Positions 10,515 to 23,944 of a stretch of 39,168 nucleotides of DNA are shown in pieces. Numbering within the stretch: position 1 is the stretch's first letter; each line of letters starts with the position of its first letter. The stretch covers positions 1 to 39,168 of the forward strand of contig CALSCP010001992.1 of NCBI GenBank assembly GCA_943704425.1. Reading direction: 5' to 3'. The position numbers and the translations under genes are program-made. The stretch is from Ministeria vibrans ATCC 50519. Lineage: Eukaryota; Protista; Filasterea. The notes under the pieces are model-generated. The model was not told the origin of the DNA, did not search any database, and worked only from the letters and a program-made list of their open reading frames with translations.

Positions 10515-13500
10515 TCACGCGTCGTCGCCACTGCTAAGAAGCGTCTGGCCCATAGGAAGCGTTCCTTTGACGAGTTCCTCCCTACACCAGACACACACAC
10601 AAAAAAAAACAACAATTTGTTGAGTCATTTCTCCTAAAAACGTGAATAACATATTACGAGTTCCGCAGCAGCTTAAACATGCCAGTGCCGAGTGCAATGG
10701 GAATGCCCATGATAATGCACTCGCTCACGCCGCTCACTGTGTCGCGCACGCCATGCAGGGCCGCGTCAAACAAATAGTCCGTCGTCTACACAACATGACA
10801 GTCAGCACACACAATTCTGTGCCATGGGGGTGTGCATTGCCTTCTCAAAAGACGCCAGCATCAGCACCGACTCTTTCATCTTAGCAATTCCAAAGCGCGT
10901 AATGCCTAATACATCCCCTTTGAATGTCATCAAGTCCGCCAGCAGCATCACGTGTCGCATGTCAATGTGCATTCCTATACAAAAAAAAAAAAAAAAAAAA
11001 AAAAAANNNNNNNNNNGGGTTTGCAAGACTTCCTTCATCACCTGACGAGAAAAAAAAAACACATTGCACATCAGAACAAAAACACACACACACACACGCA
11101 TTCAATGTCAATAAGGCGTTCGTCATCTCTCCGGCTATGTATCTCCTCTCTGACCGTGATGGGACATGGTGTGCTGAATCTCATGCATAATAGTCCCGCG
11201 CGCCGCCTCAATGCCCAGCGTCGCCGCCACCTCAATAATGTGATTGCTTGTGGTGCGGTAGCCATTGACACCGCGCGTTGACATGACCGCCAACAGATTC
11301 TCTCCTTCCACAATCAGCTTCATCGCATTCTCCACACTCTTGGCGCCACTGGCGCGCGTCGGAGCGTCGCGGCTAATCACAGCCCGACGCACTGACACAA
11401 TGCCTTTGACAAGGACCTCGGGCAGCGCCAACTTGAGGCGCTGGATCACAAAGAAGGACGACTGTGTCTGACGCTGCTGCGCATCGGCACTCTGCTCGTC
11501 GTCAAGCACCTTGCTACGCTTCTGCTTGGGGGTCGGCGGATAGATAAGTAGTGTATCGTCACCGGTGACAGCAATGTTCTCAGAGGTCAGCTTGAGACGC
11601 GGGTGTGCAAGCAGAGCAATCGCCACGTTGTTCGCATCAATGTCAAGGCACAGCAGTCGAATGCGCGTTGTCGACAACCGCACCTTGATAAACGACTCGT
11701 CGGGCCGGTACACCTCCTGAATGTACTCACTCACTTCGCCCAACAACGTCTTCTCAATGCGCCCCTTGATCGTTCGCGCCCCTTCCACATCCAGCTCATC
11801 GTCCAGCGCCGCCTCAATAATGGGCGTCGAAATCGTCTTGGACGCATTGATGATCTCCTTCACACGTGGCACTCCCAGTGTCACATTCATCGACGCAACA
11901 CCCGCAAAGTGAAAAGTCTACAATAGATCAATTCCATTTTCACAGATCATTCCAATGGAACAACTATTATGATATTTCTACTCCCGATACCTTGAGCGTC
12001 ATTTGCGTTCCAGGCTCACCAATGCTCTGCGCGGCAATCGCTCCAACGGCCGTGCCAGGTTCCACAAACGACCTCCTATGCAAACACGCGGTTGATTAAT
12101 ACACACACACACAAAAAAAAAAAAACGTTCTTGGCTTGCCGTCGCTTCTTACTTGTATTTCAAGTAGCAAAGGTCGAGGAAAGAAAGGAAAATGCGTCGG
12201 CCAATGGACATGGTGGGCGCACGCCGCTCAATGTACTCGAGAAGATCGTCGGCAAAGGCACTGAGGTATTCGTGGCGTCCGCGCGTGGGACACAGGTCCT
12301 TCTCCGCAAGCACATTGAGACCCTGATCGCGCTCAAAGTGACTGTCGACCATTTGACGAGCAAGGGCAAGCAACTCGTGAGATTCTCGCACCGCATAGTC
12401 CTCGTCGATCACTACAGCCACAGATTCATCTTCCTTGCCGCTGCTTATAGTCACCAGGACATCCCGTAGACGCTTGGCCTCGATGGCACACACGTGCTGA
12501 AAGACACGCTCAAAGTCCACAGGCTTGTCGGCGCCCTCCATGCTCGCCGGGTCCAGACCGTCCTCGCCCGACTTGAACTGCACCACAGTGTTGACGCTGT
12601 TGCGCACCGTGTCGTCGTAGTTGGTCGCAAGATCCTCGAGCGCCTTCATCAGACGACGCTGCATGTAACCCGTCTCGGCCGTCTTCACCGCCGTGTCCAC
12701 CAGACCCTCACGACCGCAAATGGTGTGAAAGAAGAACTCCGTGGGCTTCAGTCCCGAGTAAAAACTGTTACTCACAAAGCCCTTGGCGGCAGGAATGCGC
12801 GAGTCCTTGCGGAAATGCGGTAGTGTGCGACTCTCGAAGCCGTTGGGAATGCGTGCGCCACCCACCGACTGCTGCCCAACACACGCAATCATCTGCGCAA
12901 TGTTGAGGTTGCTGCCTTTGCTGCCACTCTTTGCCATGATCAGCGGCGCATTGGCCTTGTCTAGCTCGCGCAAACACACATCACCCATGTTCTTACGAAT
13001 CTTGCCCAACTCGCCGTTGATGTTCGCCTCCAGCGTCTCCTCCATAGTGCAACCCGGCTGCGGCTCCAGCTGCTTCTTCTCAAACTGCTCAATTGTCTTG
13101 TCGCACTCGGCATATGACTGTGAAATGGCCGACTGCTTCTCGCTAAGCAACACGGGCCCAGGCGTCACATCCTCAATGCCAATGGAGAAGCCATAATTGG
13201 TGAGGAACCGCGTGCACACTTTGGCCAGACGCGCCATGGCATCCGCCGCCGCCTGCGCACCATAGTCGCGCAACAACACGTGGAAAATGGTCGCCTTGCT
13301 GCCACTCCCGAGCGTACCCTTGTCCAACGTACCGCACATATGCTCCGAATTGCGAATCAACACAAATCCGTCAACAGGACACATTTCTTCGCCAGCACCA
13401 CTGTAGGTTCGTGCGCGCGTTCGCAAATTGAGCAGTAAATCAGACCTACAAAAAAAAAAAAAAAAAAAAAAAAAAGACATTAGTTGATTCGATTGTGTGC

Positions 13501-16307
13501 CTTTTAATTTCGTTGGTACGATTTGTTGGGGCGCATAAGCATGCCAAAGACTTGTTTGCCAGTCCAGTACTCAATGGGCTTCAAAATGGCCGGTTTGGGC
13601 AGATCACAGACTTCGTCGGCATTGCTCAGGGCCACACAGAGCTGACAGAATTCGGAGCGTGTAAAGAAGATGTCTTTGCCGGAGAGAAGGAAGGCGCCCG
13701 TGATAAAGTCCTGGATGGCACTGATGAGCGGCTCGCCGTTGCGCGGCGTCACAATGTTGCTCTTGACGTTCATGAGAATTGCAGCTTCGGCGCGCGCCTC
13801 TTCCGTCTGCGGCACGTGCAGGTTCATCTCGTCACCGTCAAAATCGGCGTTGTACGGAGTGCAGACGCACTCGTTGAACGAGAAGGTCTTGTGCGGCGAA
13901 ATGACAACGCGATGACACATGATACTGAGCTTGTGCAACGACGGCTGACGGTTGAACAGCACATAGTCGCCGGCGACCAGATGGCGCTCCACCAGATCAC
14001 CCACCTTGAGATCCTTGGCGCGCTTCTTGCGGTCCATCGGTTTCACATAGCGCAAATTGAATGTGGTCGCTCGGTTGCCACCGGCGGCGCCTTTGCCCGC
14101 CGCTCCACCCGATTGTGGGCGGTAGATGGTCACCTGGTTGGCGCCAGGGTACCCACTGGTACCCATACGCACTAGTTTCTGCAGCCACTTCATGTTGTGC
14201 TCTGTCACACGCGTTGGGTACGTCAGAATCTGGGCCACCTAGAAAAGAGAGAGAGAGACAGAGAGAAACGAGGAACAAAAAAAAAAAAAAAAAAAAAAAA
14301 AAAANNNNNNNNNNGTTGCCGGAGGACACCTTCGAGGGGACGCCATCCAGGTGCACGGTGACCAGGGCGTTAAAAAGACTCGCTCCATCTTTATCTTTCT
14401 TTTCTCTATCTTTTTTTTTTCTTCTTCTTTTCTTTAGTCGTACGTGGACGGGAATGGCGACTTGCTCAATGGAGAGGTTTGGATCGGGTGAGATGACGGT
14501 GCGCGAGGAAAAGTCAACGCGCTTGCCACTGAGGTTGCCACGGAAACGACCCGCTTTGCCCTTAAGACGCTGGCAAAAGCCTCGGATGGGCTTGTTGCTC
14601 TGGACCTTCTGGGAGACATTGAGGGGCACGCCGGACAGTTCGCTGTTCATGTAGTAGGCGCAGTGGAGCTGGAGGAGATCCCACTCCTCCATAAAGATGG
14701 GTGCATTGTTTCCCGTGAGTGCACTCTTGTGGATCATCTGGTTGGCATGGATGATCTGCACGAGTTTCATGGTGAGGTCGTCTTCGTTGGTGCCCGAGCC
14801 ACTGTCCATGTTGACGCTGGGGCGGATGCAGACGGGCGGCACGAGCAGACGTGTGAGACAGAGGTTCTCGGGACGTCCAATGTCAGTCTTGAGATCGAGC
14901 AGCACACAGTCCATGTCGGGAATGTTGCAGAAGAGTGTGTGGACGACGAGCGGTGTGAGAAACTCCTGTGCCAGAGCGCTGTGAGTCTGTACATCACGGT
15001 TCAGCTTGGCAGCTTCGCTGAGGCGCGCGTCGAGCAGACGGCCCAGCTGGTAGCGCTCTTTGGTGAACTGGGGCACGGGGTGTTGCGTTGTGGAGAGAGA
15101 CGACTGAGAGGCGGGCGCTCCGGCGATGGTCGAAATGGACGCGACATCGAGTTGAGCTGCGTCGCTGTGGTCGTCCTTGCGCGGACGACGGTAGCGCTCA
15201 TGCACAATCTTAAGTGCGCCCATCTTCTTGACGGGGCCGTTGTAGGCGTGGCAAAAAGGACACTCATTGATGCGACGGCACTTCTCCTCTACGGCCTTTT
15301 GCAAAGCGCGACGCTGAAGCATTTCTAGGTTGGGGTTGCGCAGGCGGCGTGAGAATGTGAGGCGGTCTTCGGGGCCAAGCAGAACGCGACTGCAAGTCTG
15401 CAAACAGTGACAGAAAAATGATTAATGGTATGAACAAAATGAGAAGAAAAGAGGATAAAAGGGTGTAAAGCGTGACCGAATACCTTGCAGACGCAGTGGA
15501 GAATCTGGAGAATGGCCTTGAAATAGCCAACATGGAAGATGGGCAAGGCCAAGTCAATGAAGCCGTAGTGACCGACGCAGTCTTGCAACTGAACAACAAC
15601 AACACAACACACAAAATCGTGTGAGGAAAAAGAATGATGTTGCTATACTTCTCGTGGAAGGTACCTTGAGACCACACGATTCACATAGTTGACTCTTCTC
15701 GGACGTGCCCTGCAACAACAAAATATAAAAATCACATAAAAATCATAAGACAAAAAAAATACAATAGTAAGAATATAATATAACACCGATTCTGATGACT
15801 ACACGCAACGTACCAGTCGACGGTCAAGCACACCGTACTTGGTGGGGCGGCGGTTCTCGGAGGGCTGGTAGAGATCGCGATTGACGACCTCGACGTGGCT
15901 CACTCGGCGCATTTCTTCAGCGCTGAACATGCTGAATTGAATGTGGGAGCTGTCAAGAGGAGAGACAGAGAGAGTCGGGCGTGTGAGCGGACACAGACAA
16001 GGCCTTTATCGGTGTGAGGGAGAGGCGTGGTCGTCGTCGGGGATGGGTTGGGAGGCAGAGGAGGGGGAGAGGGAGAGGGAGAGAGAGAGGAAAGGAATAT
16101 TCGTCGACGGCGACAAAACGATACGCCAAGCAGGCAAGGAGATCGTCAAAGGCACCGGTGGGGAAGCTCGGCTCCGTGGAAGGTTGGTGGGACGGAAATC
16201 AAGGCGAAACCGAGCGAAACATTCGGCGCATTGCTCATTTCATCATATCGTCTCATTCATTCTTACATCCGCTCCGATGTTGTGTCATCTTTGCACTGCT
16301 CCTTCAT
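10515..16307 (-). CDS. POLR3A: DNA-directed RNA polymerase III largest subunit RPC1
   Basis: Twelve exons: 16267-16307, 15814-15949, 15665-15709, 15484-15588, 14444-15397, 13520-14238, 12153-13445, 11991-12075, 11155-11917, 10841-10974, 10658-10785, 10515-10581. Motifs: Zn-binding [29 protein letters not shown], catalytic [47 protein letters not shown]. Pol III type NECVCTPY and [22 protein letters not shown] are present and there is no heptad CTD. Confidence 0.97.
10786..10840 (-). other. Non-canonical GC-AG intron (55 nt) in RPC1
   Basis: The conserved ...LASFEK|TTDYLFDAA... is restored only by splicing GAGAAG|GCAATG...CTGAC...TGTAG|ACGACG. The 55-nt length is not a multiple of 3 and no GT donor fits. 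Confidence 0.85.
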
Positions 16308-16459
16308 AGCGGCAAGGGTGAGACAAGAACAGGACGGCTAGAGTCAGCTGGCAAGTCAGGTTTAAAATTTAAATCTGATTGTCGATTGAAATTTGAATCT
16401 GATCGGTCAACGTGAGTATTAATTATTATAAATCAGTAATCAGTTATCAAATTTTTCTT
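16308..16459. promoter_or_regulatory. Candidate bidirectional promoter RPC1/P450 with duplicated AAATTTRAATCTGAT
   Basis: 152-bp divergent gap with AAATTTAAATCTGAT (16365-16379) and AAATTTGAATCTGAT (16389-16403). Confidence 0.5.
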
Positions 16460-18393
16460 ATGTCGCTTACGCCATCATACCAAATCGTGATCGGCGTGGC
16501 CGCCGTGCTGATCGCCTACGTGGTGATGAAACGCCGAAATGCAGCGGCGCGACGGCCCGGCGAGCCACCGATTGTCGGGGGAGCAGCTCCCTTCGTCGGT
16601 CACGGTGCAAAATTCGCGAGCGATTCGGTCGCGCTGCTGAACGAATGCCGCGCAAAGCACGGCGATGTCTTCACCCTGTCCATGGCCGGCCAGCGCATGA
16701 CGTTCTTTTGCTCGCCGCGCGCCTTTGAGACGATCTACAGGAACCGCCAACTGCGCTTTCGTGTACGCACACTTCCCTCATTGATGTCTCGCTCTCCCCT
16801 TGTTGTTGTCGTCTTGCTCTCCCCTCGTTGTTGTTGTCTTGCTCTCCCCTCGTTGTTGTTGTCTTGCTCTCCCCTCGCTGTCGTCTCGCGCTCCTCACAA
16901 TAGTCCATTCGCAGGAAATCTCTTTCAAAATTGGTGCTGTGTCTGTCGGAAACTACTTCTTGTACAGAAAGACCAAGGATGGCTCCTGGAGCGGCAACCA
17001 CGATGATCTCGGCAACGAGAAGAACGACCGAATCTTGTTTGACGAAATTCACGATCGCTACTTTACCGTAACAAACATTGATTGATCGGGGTTTCCACTC
17101 ATCATGTTTTATAACGAAAACAATGCCCTTGCAGTACCTCAAGGGGAGATCGCTGGACGAAATGGTCGAGTCGTCGTCACAGCACTCGTACAACATGATT
17201 GCGGGCACAGGCGAGACGGCCGTCACAAGCGAATGGCGCGACGTTGATCTGGTTGACTGGACACGACGCGTTGTCTTTGGGCTGACGGCTGAGATGCTTT
17301 TTGGCAAAGGTTTCTATGCTCCCCGGTTGGTGGATGCCTTCAAGAAGTGGGACGATCAGTTTGCAGTGATTGTCGCGGGCATTCCCGCTTGGCTTGTCGG
17401 CGCTGAAAAGCCGCGCGCTCAGCTTGTCGCGCGTTTCGCTGAGTTCCTTCCGCTCTCGAGTGAGGCCAGTGCTCTCGCGCAGGAACGTCATCGGCTCCTG
17501 ATTGAGGAGCACAAGGCGAATGTGGAAGATTATGGACGGCAAGAGATCGGTTTGCTCTGGGCGGCCATGGCCAACACGGCCCCCGCCGCCTTCTGGGCTC
17601 TCCATCTCATTCTGCACAACCCCAAAGCCCACCAGGCAGTCTGCGACGAACTTGCACGCGTCGTCAGTGCCGACTCGCTCAACAACAGTGACAGCGAACA
17701 CGGCCCATCCCTGACGCGTGCGCTGCTCGACCAACTCCCCATTCTCGAAAGTGCCATCCTTGAGTCGCTGCGTCTCTCTGCCGCCTCCATGTCCATTCGT
17801 GTGGTCCAGGACGACTCGACCGTCGTCCTGCCATCCGGTGAACAGGTTGCCCTGCGCAAGGGCGACCATGTGGCTCTCTACCCGCCCCTTACACACAATG
17901 ACGAGCGTGTCTTTGAGAATCCTCAAAAGGTACACAAAATTGCGGCATTTTAAGATGTTTTGTTTTGAGCTGACTCGCCTCTCAATTGTGTTTCCCATAG
18001 TTTGTGTTTGACCGCTTTCTGGACGAGAACGGACTGCCCAAGAAGACGTTTACCTTTGAGGGTGCACCACTTCCCAATGCGCTTGTGCCCTTTGGCGGTG
18101 GTGTTTCCAAGTGCCCCGGTCGCAGACTGGCCATCGCCGAAATCAAAGAGGTATCTTCTTTATCTACCTAGGCTAGTGCTGTACCCCCCTTTTTTTCATT
18201 TTCACTTTCATACTGATCCCTTTCTTCGTTTTTGTTTTTTTTTTCTCAGGTGGTTGTGTGGACGCTCCTTTTGTGCGATGTGGAAGTGGTTGGTGCGTCG
18301 TCTGTGACGTTCAACAAATCGCGCGCGGGTTTGGGCATTATGCCTCCTGTCGGATCTAGTCCCGTGCGCATGCGCCGAAAGGCCACCGTGTAG
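16460..18393 (+). CDS. Cytochrome P450 of the CYP7/CYP8 type (sterol 7-alpha-hydroxylase-like), ~514 aa
   Basis: Exons 16460-16762, 16915-17067, 17135-17929, 18001-18150, 18250-18393. N-terminal anchor followed by RRPGEPP; I-helix LLWAAMANTAPAAFW (Asn-Thr, as in CYP7); ESLRL (ExxR); FDRFLDENG.PKKTF; heme motif PFGGGVSKCPGR; C-terminal SRAGLGIMPP. Confidence 0.9.
16791..16887 (+). repeat. 25-bp minisatellite, ~3.9 copies, in P450 intron 1
   Basis: Unit GCTCTCCCCTCGTTGTTGTTGTCTT starts at 16791, 16816 and 16841, with a partial copy at 16866. Confidence 0.92.
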
Positions 18394-18495
18394 CAGTGAA
18401 ACATGCATGTGACGACAAGAGACTGAACAAAATAATAATAATAATAAATATAATAATAATAATAATTATTATCAATGATACTTTCTACAATTTTA

Positions 18496-21400
18496 CTATT
18501 GTGGGTGGTTCTCGGACGTGTGACTCAAGAGTGCAGTAAGAGAGTGTGTCTCATCTGTCTCTATTGTGCGGCATGCTCCAAGGACAGTCGCAAGCTGCGC
18601 TGTGTCGACCGAGTGCAGTGCCGCGCGTCCCTTGGCAGTGGACGATGCAAGCAGTGAAAGTGCGCGAAAGAGGCGGTCCAGAGAGTCGCGCGGAGTGCGT
18701 TGGTAAACATTCATGACAAGTGTGGTAAGGCGAGGAATGCAGCCTGATGCAACGAGGCGCTGTGCCGAGGTACTGTGCAGTGCACAGGCATGGAGGAGAC
18801 GCGACACCATCTGTGTGCTCTCACGCAGCCGTGGCACCACCGAATCACTACAGAGTGCACTCACGAGTGCATCAGGCCGCGACTGCAGCACAAGAAGCGC
18901 CCCAGGCGCACTGGTACATGCAGCGGCGAGTACGCGCAGGGGACGTGCAAGCCGCCTGTCCAGCTGAGCACTGTCGCCGCCACTTCCAACACACGCGAGA
19001 ACCCGTTCGGTCAGCACCGATACCAGATTGGCACGCTGCAATGCGCGAAGCCAGTCGTGACGAACAACCAGTGCCGCAAAGGTCATACACGCTTCGTCGC
19101 GCACCTCCTCGTCCATCACGGCCCCATCTTTCCTCTTCTTCTTTGTGCACATCGCAATGCTATCGAGTGCACGCAGCAGCGGCACAGCCGCCGGTAATTT
19201 CCCTCCATACGACGCCGTACTCGGACTCTCGTGAGCCTTGACCGCGATGTTGCTGTGGTCCTGACCCCCGTCATCGCCACAGGACACAACGACGAGTCGA
19301 CGGAGCACATCAAGCGCCGCGCGAAGCACCGTGAATGTATTCGTCGCAGGCGATTGGACCAATCGCACGAGCGCGTCGAGACCGTCTGCTTGCAGAAATG
19401 CAGCGCGAGCGATAGGTGAGTCGTGAACAAACGCAGAGAGTATCACAAGCGACTGGTGCACATTTGTTGTGGAGATGTGCTGACAGCGTTCAAAGGTGGA
19501 CGCGAAATACGGTACAAAAGCCTCCTTGCAGGCATGCGAGACAGAGAGTAGATGCGCGAGCGCACCATGCGACTGAGGTGAGGCCATGAGCGACTCGACA
19601 AGCTGAGAATAACACTTGCGCTCCTCTGCTTCTTCCGCCAGCCGCACAAATTCAAGTCGAGTGTCGAGTCGCAGTGCAGCGGACGTCAAAAGATTAAGAA
19701 GAACTATGAGTGACGGAAGAACGTGCGATGTGTGCGTCGACGCAAGCGAGATACTCGACAACAAGCTTGGCTGGCAACTGATGCGGAGCCAATCGACAAC
19801 AGCGCGGTCATTGGTGCGCTGCACAAGTGTCCCAAGCAGCTTGACACTGACCAGAAGCCCATAGCGAACCAACTGAACAGGGATGGTCGTCGTGTGGGAC
19901 ACAAAAGCATTCGATGCAAGCGCAAGTACGTGCGCATGATCGTCCAAAAGACTGTCGTCCTGCTGCGGCTGTGACTCACAGAGCAACGCAAGGCCGTGCA
20001 GTGTGTGTGCAATGGACCAACGAATTGAAATGCTTAGGTCAGTGCTGCTGGGTGTGTCGACAAGTCGCGCGAGCAGTCGCCAGGCATACTGACCCGTCTC
20101 CATATGCACTCTAGAGGGTGCTTCGGAATTGTGTGCGACGGAGCAGACGTGTGCCGCTAGTGCGGCCGCAAGAGACGGCGACTGTGTCAGATGAACATGT
20201 TCCAACAGGTCACCGAAGGAAGGAAGTGTGTCACGCGAGAGCATCACACGCACAGCCGTCTCCGCGTCGCTCACCGACGGCGAGCATTCGAGCTGATCAA
20301 GGGTCGACGACGGCAGTGATACCTCAGAGTGTGCCATAAGGGTAGCAATGATGCAGCGCAACGGCAAATCGCGCGTCTGCGAGAAAAGCTCGACAAGCAG
20401 GCGGGGTGGCAAGGCAGGCACAGCTGAGCGGTCATACGTACACACCGAGAGAAGTGCAAGCGCACTCCAGCGCAAGCAAGGTCCCGTCAGCCGACTGGTG
20501 AGGTTGGCAAGCGACGTGCCCAGCAGTGACGAGACAACTGAGGCAAGAGGGGCAAGCGACACACTCACCGAAGAGTGGTCGTGGCACGACTGAAACAGTC
20601 GCACAATACAACGCAAGAGTACCACGGGGCTGTGCTCGCCCATCGTTCGCTGCAGCAATCGCGCAAAAGTGTCGGCAAGAGTGGTACTCGACAGTGCGTT
20701 GGGATGGTCACACAATCGCTCAGTGGCCTCAAGTATCAACGTCACGGGGTTGGAGAGCACATTCGGAAGGGCTTCGTCCGTCTCATTTGCAGCGATGTGG
20801 GCAAGTGCGTCACTCAGAATGCCAAGCAGTGAGTCCACGCAAGCGACTGAAAGCGTACACTCGACATTGGGACATGACGACAGCAGCAAAATGACGAGTC
20901 GCTGAAGTGTGTCGCCCATGGCCGAGGACATGGGCGAGGTGTTGGGATCAAGCGAGGCCGCAAGTGCCGTGAGAAATTCGCCACTGGAGAGAACCCGAGT
21001 GCGCTGTTCAAGTGTGAGCAGCGGAATATCTCGTAGAAGTGAGAGCGCTGCGTGGTGGCGGCGAGTCTCTGTGAAAGATGTGTCCTCGAGCGCAGCAAGT
21101 GCACATGCGAGTGCTTCATCCATGTTGGGGTGAGGGATCAGTTGCGACAAGTGCGAGGAATGCACTTGCTCGAGGACACACTGTGGAATAGACTCGAGAG
21201 GCTCGCACGCAAGCGCCGCCGTAGACTGTTGCTGTTGGTCCCCTTGAGCAACGGCCAATGTTGTGAGAACCAGCGCTGTGGATGGCACAGGATGAGAGAC
21301 GACGAGGCGATAAAAGTCGAGCGACTCCAAGAGGTGCACAGCGCAGAGAAAATCGACCGAAGGTACGGACAGAAGGCTGAGCAAGAGAGAGACAAGTGAG

Positions 21401-23806
21401 TGGACCGAGGCGGGCGTTGCAAGAACATTGGGAATGGCAGCAACAAGGAGGTCGTGAAGGCGATGGTGAAGAGTGGCTCGATGCGCGGCCGTCACGGCAA
21501 CATCATCAACGTGCTGAAAGAGCACTGTCAGACGATCGCATGCCGAACGCCATGTGGAGCCAGATGGGCGTGCTGAGCGAAGAACGCGCACAAGAGGATC
21601 TACCACGCTGGCGGGCGAGGTGGTCAAAGATGATACGGTGGAGGGTGAGCTGGAGAGGAAGGAGCGCGCGATTGCATTTGCAGTAAGACGTTGCGATGTT
21701 GGCGGCCGTTTGTTTTTAGGCAGTTTGGGTAAGGGAATGGATAGCGCGGCGGGCGCTGCGTCAGGTGGAGTGCATGTGAGGGGCTGGAGACGATGACAGA
21801 GTTGGGACCAGCACCAGTCGCGAAAGGATGCGGTCGAGGTGCAGTGGACCAGAGTGGTGCAAAGAATGCGCAAAGTGAGGGTTCGTGTAAGGGGCTCGTC
21901 GAGGGAGCAGATATGCTGGATGAGCAAGCGGACACACGAAGAGGCCATGGAGTGCTCGACAAGGCAACAGATGCCCGAGAGCACATGCGGCGGGATCGAC
22001 GATGGGTTGAGACGGTGCGCAAGAACCGCATCGGTAAGCGTCCATAGCAGTTGCTGCGCAGCCGCCTGCTCGTGGTGGGAAAAGGTTTGCGTGTCGATTG
22101 CGGTCAGAGGATGTACGGCGACACGAAGAAAGGCGTTCTCGTCCACTTGTAACAGATGGGTACATCGATGAAGGAGGAGAGAGCTCTGGTCGTCGTTGTG
22201 TTCCCTGTCAATATCCAGTTCGTCGATTGACAGGTCGAGACTCATCGTTGGGGTCGTTGTGGCAGTATATGATTGATAGCAAAGACCCGAAAGGAACGAG
22301 ATGACGGCCGACGTGAGAGGGGCACAAGACAACGACAAAAGTTGATGGAGAGCGGTGGAGTCGCGAGCAGTCAAAGCCATGTCAGTGGCAAAGCAGACGC
22401 CCTGGAGTACGGTAGGCGTAATGCGATCCGGAGACGATGCAAAGGAGGCAATCAATTGAACAAGGCAATGAAGTGGAGGAGGTGAGGAGGTCGTGGACGG
22501 GAAGGAGTGGTTGAGCCAGTGAAGTGTGGCCCTGAGCGACGAGAGTGTCTCGAGGTGCACCGACGCCTCATCGCCAAGGACATGCACAAGCAGAGTGTAT
22601 GTTGCTGAACATTGTTTCATCAGAGTGAAACTGTACGTGATGAACACGTCCAAGAGGGTCTGGCGCAATGCGTGCGAGGAGTGCGTCTCGGCAACCTCAA
22701 AGGAAGGGTGCAACAGAAGACGGGCGGTGGTGTCGACGAGAGAGAGAGCAGTCTGACTATTATTGGCTAACGCCGACTGGATCGCGTCCGCAGCCGCCTG
22801 CCAAAACACAGCGGGAATGGAGGCGTGTGTCAGGGGCGAGGCGCTCCATAGCGGTAACCAGACAGTGAGAAGAGGCACAACGGCATCAACAGATGAGGGC
22901 GTGTGTGGTGAGCACGCGAGCGTATCGAACAGTGCCGCCATGACGTTGACCACCACAACGTTGAGTCCTTGCAGTTGTTGCGGCAGCGGACAAAACTCGG
23001 AGTTGCTCTGTTCGTGAATGGCCGTGGAGAGTGACGAGCCGAGCGCGAAGAGAGCATCGAAAATGTGTGCTCGTGAGGAGGTATCCTCCAGCAGTCGGTC
23101 CAGAAGCACCGTTACCAGCTGGGGACGTGCGAGCATAACATCCGCAGGAAATTGGTCAACAAGAACAAGAAAACGAGCGACGAGAGCGGGAACTTGGCAT
23201 CTTGCCGCGCTTGCAGTGTCCAGGTATACGCGAATGCGCTGTTCGCTATCGAGGTCGAGGCGCTCGAGAGTGGCCGGACGCTGCTGCGTGAGCGCATTGT
23301 TCGCCAACGAGTAGGGTGCAAGGTGTAGCATCTGATGGAGGAGTCGGTGGGCGAGGACACGCGCGGGGACTGCGAGCGACGGCTCAAGCTGGCGAAGACG
23401 CGCAATGGCATCGACGCGCAGCAGTTCCTCAGCCGCACAACGAACCTAAACACAAGCAGACGAAGGGAAAACGTCAAGAGAGAATGAATGACAGGGTAGA
23501 AAATAGTGGTGTGTGAGGCGCGTCCGAGACCTGCGCAACGTCGTTGAGGAGCAGGAGGAGAGCGGTTGTGGTTGACGGTTGAGTTTGAAATAGCAAATCG
23601 AACAACTCGAGAACCACGTCCGCATCGTTCGCAACGTCGCTCACTCGGAGCGTCCCACGATCAAGGTCTGCCAATAGATCGGTGAGAGCGCGCGAACGGA
23701 CGTCTGGAAGCTCGTGTTCTAGGGAAGGCGGGAATTTAAAAAACATTGTGAGGGGGTTTTAAATGGTTATACTCAAACGACAGGCGAGCCTCATGGTAGG
23801 TTCCAT
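18496..23806 (-). CDS. RTTN: Rotatin-like ARM/HEAT-repeat centriole/basal-body protein (~1,720 aa, divergent)
   Basis: Exons 23773-23806, 23531-23718, 18496-23445. The N-terminus RLKHELPDVRSRAL..LLADLDRG resembles the rotatin N-domain (KLGH.L.EIRERAL), and DQFPADVMLARPQLV resembles DFPAEIFLQRP. The body is long, Leu-rich and helical. An alternative start at 23746 is possible. Confidence 0.72.
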
Positions 23807-23944
23807 CGCCCCTCGGAAGCAACTCCGTCGACTCAATGGGCACAAAGGATGACGAAGAGTGAGCGACGACGATCAAATCAAAAAGAATAAAATCAATAAA
23901 TTAAAAATTACTTTAAATATCAGTTTGTCTCTCCGTCCATAGTC

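Noticed and set aside
13997-14443. Read-through extension of the 468-aa ORF across the N gap
   Set aside because: Intron 14239-14443 (GTACGA...TAG) restores the conserved VAIPVH|VAQILTYP.
16240-16250. C box ATGATGA near the start of RPC1 intron 1 (minus strand)
   Set aside because: No downstream CTGA D box found in that intron.
10515-16307. RPB1 (Pol II) or viral RNA polymerase assignment
   Set aside because: No heptad CTD; Pol III-type motifs and spliceosomal introns indicate cellular RPC1.
18151-18249. Possible U12-type intron (GTATCTTCTT donor)
   Set aside because: Does not match GTATCCTT, has no clear TCCTTAAC branch site, and has an ordinary CTGAT branch and polypyrimidine tract.
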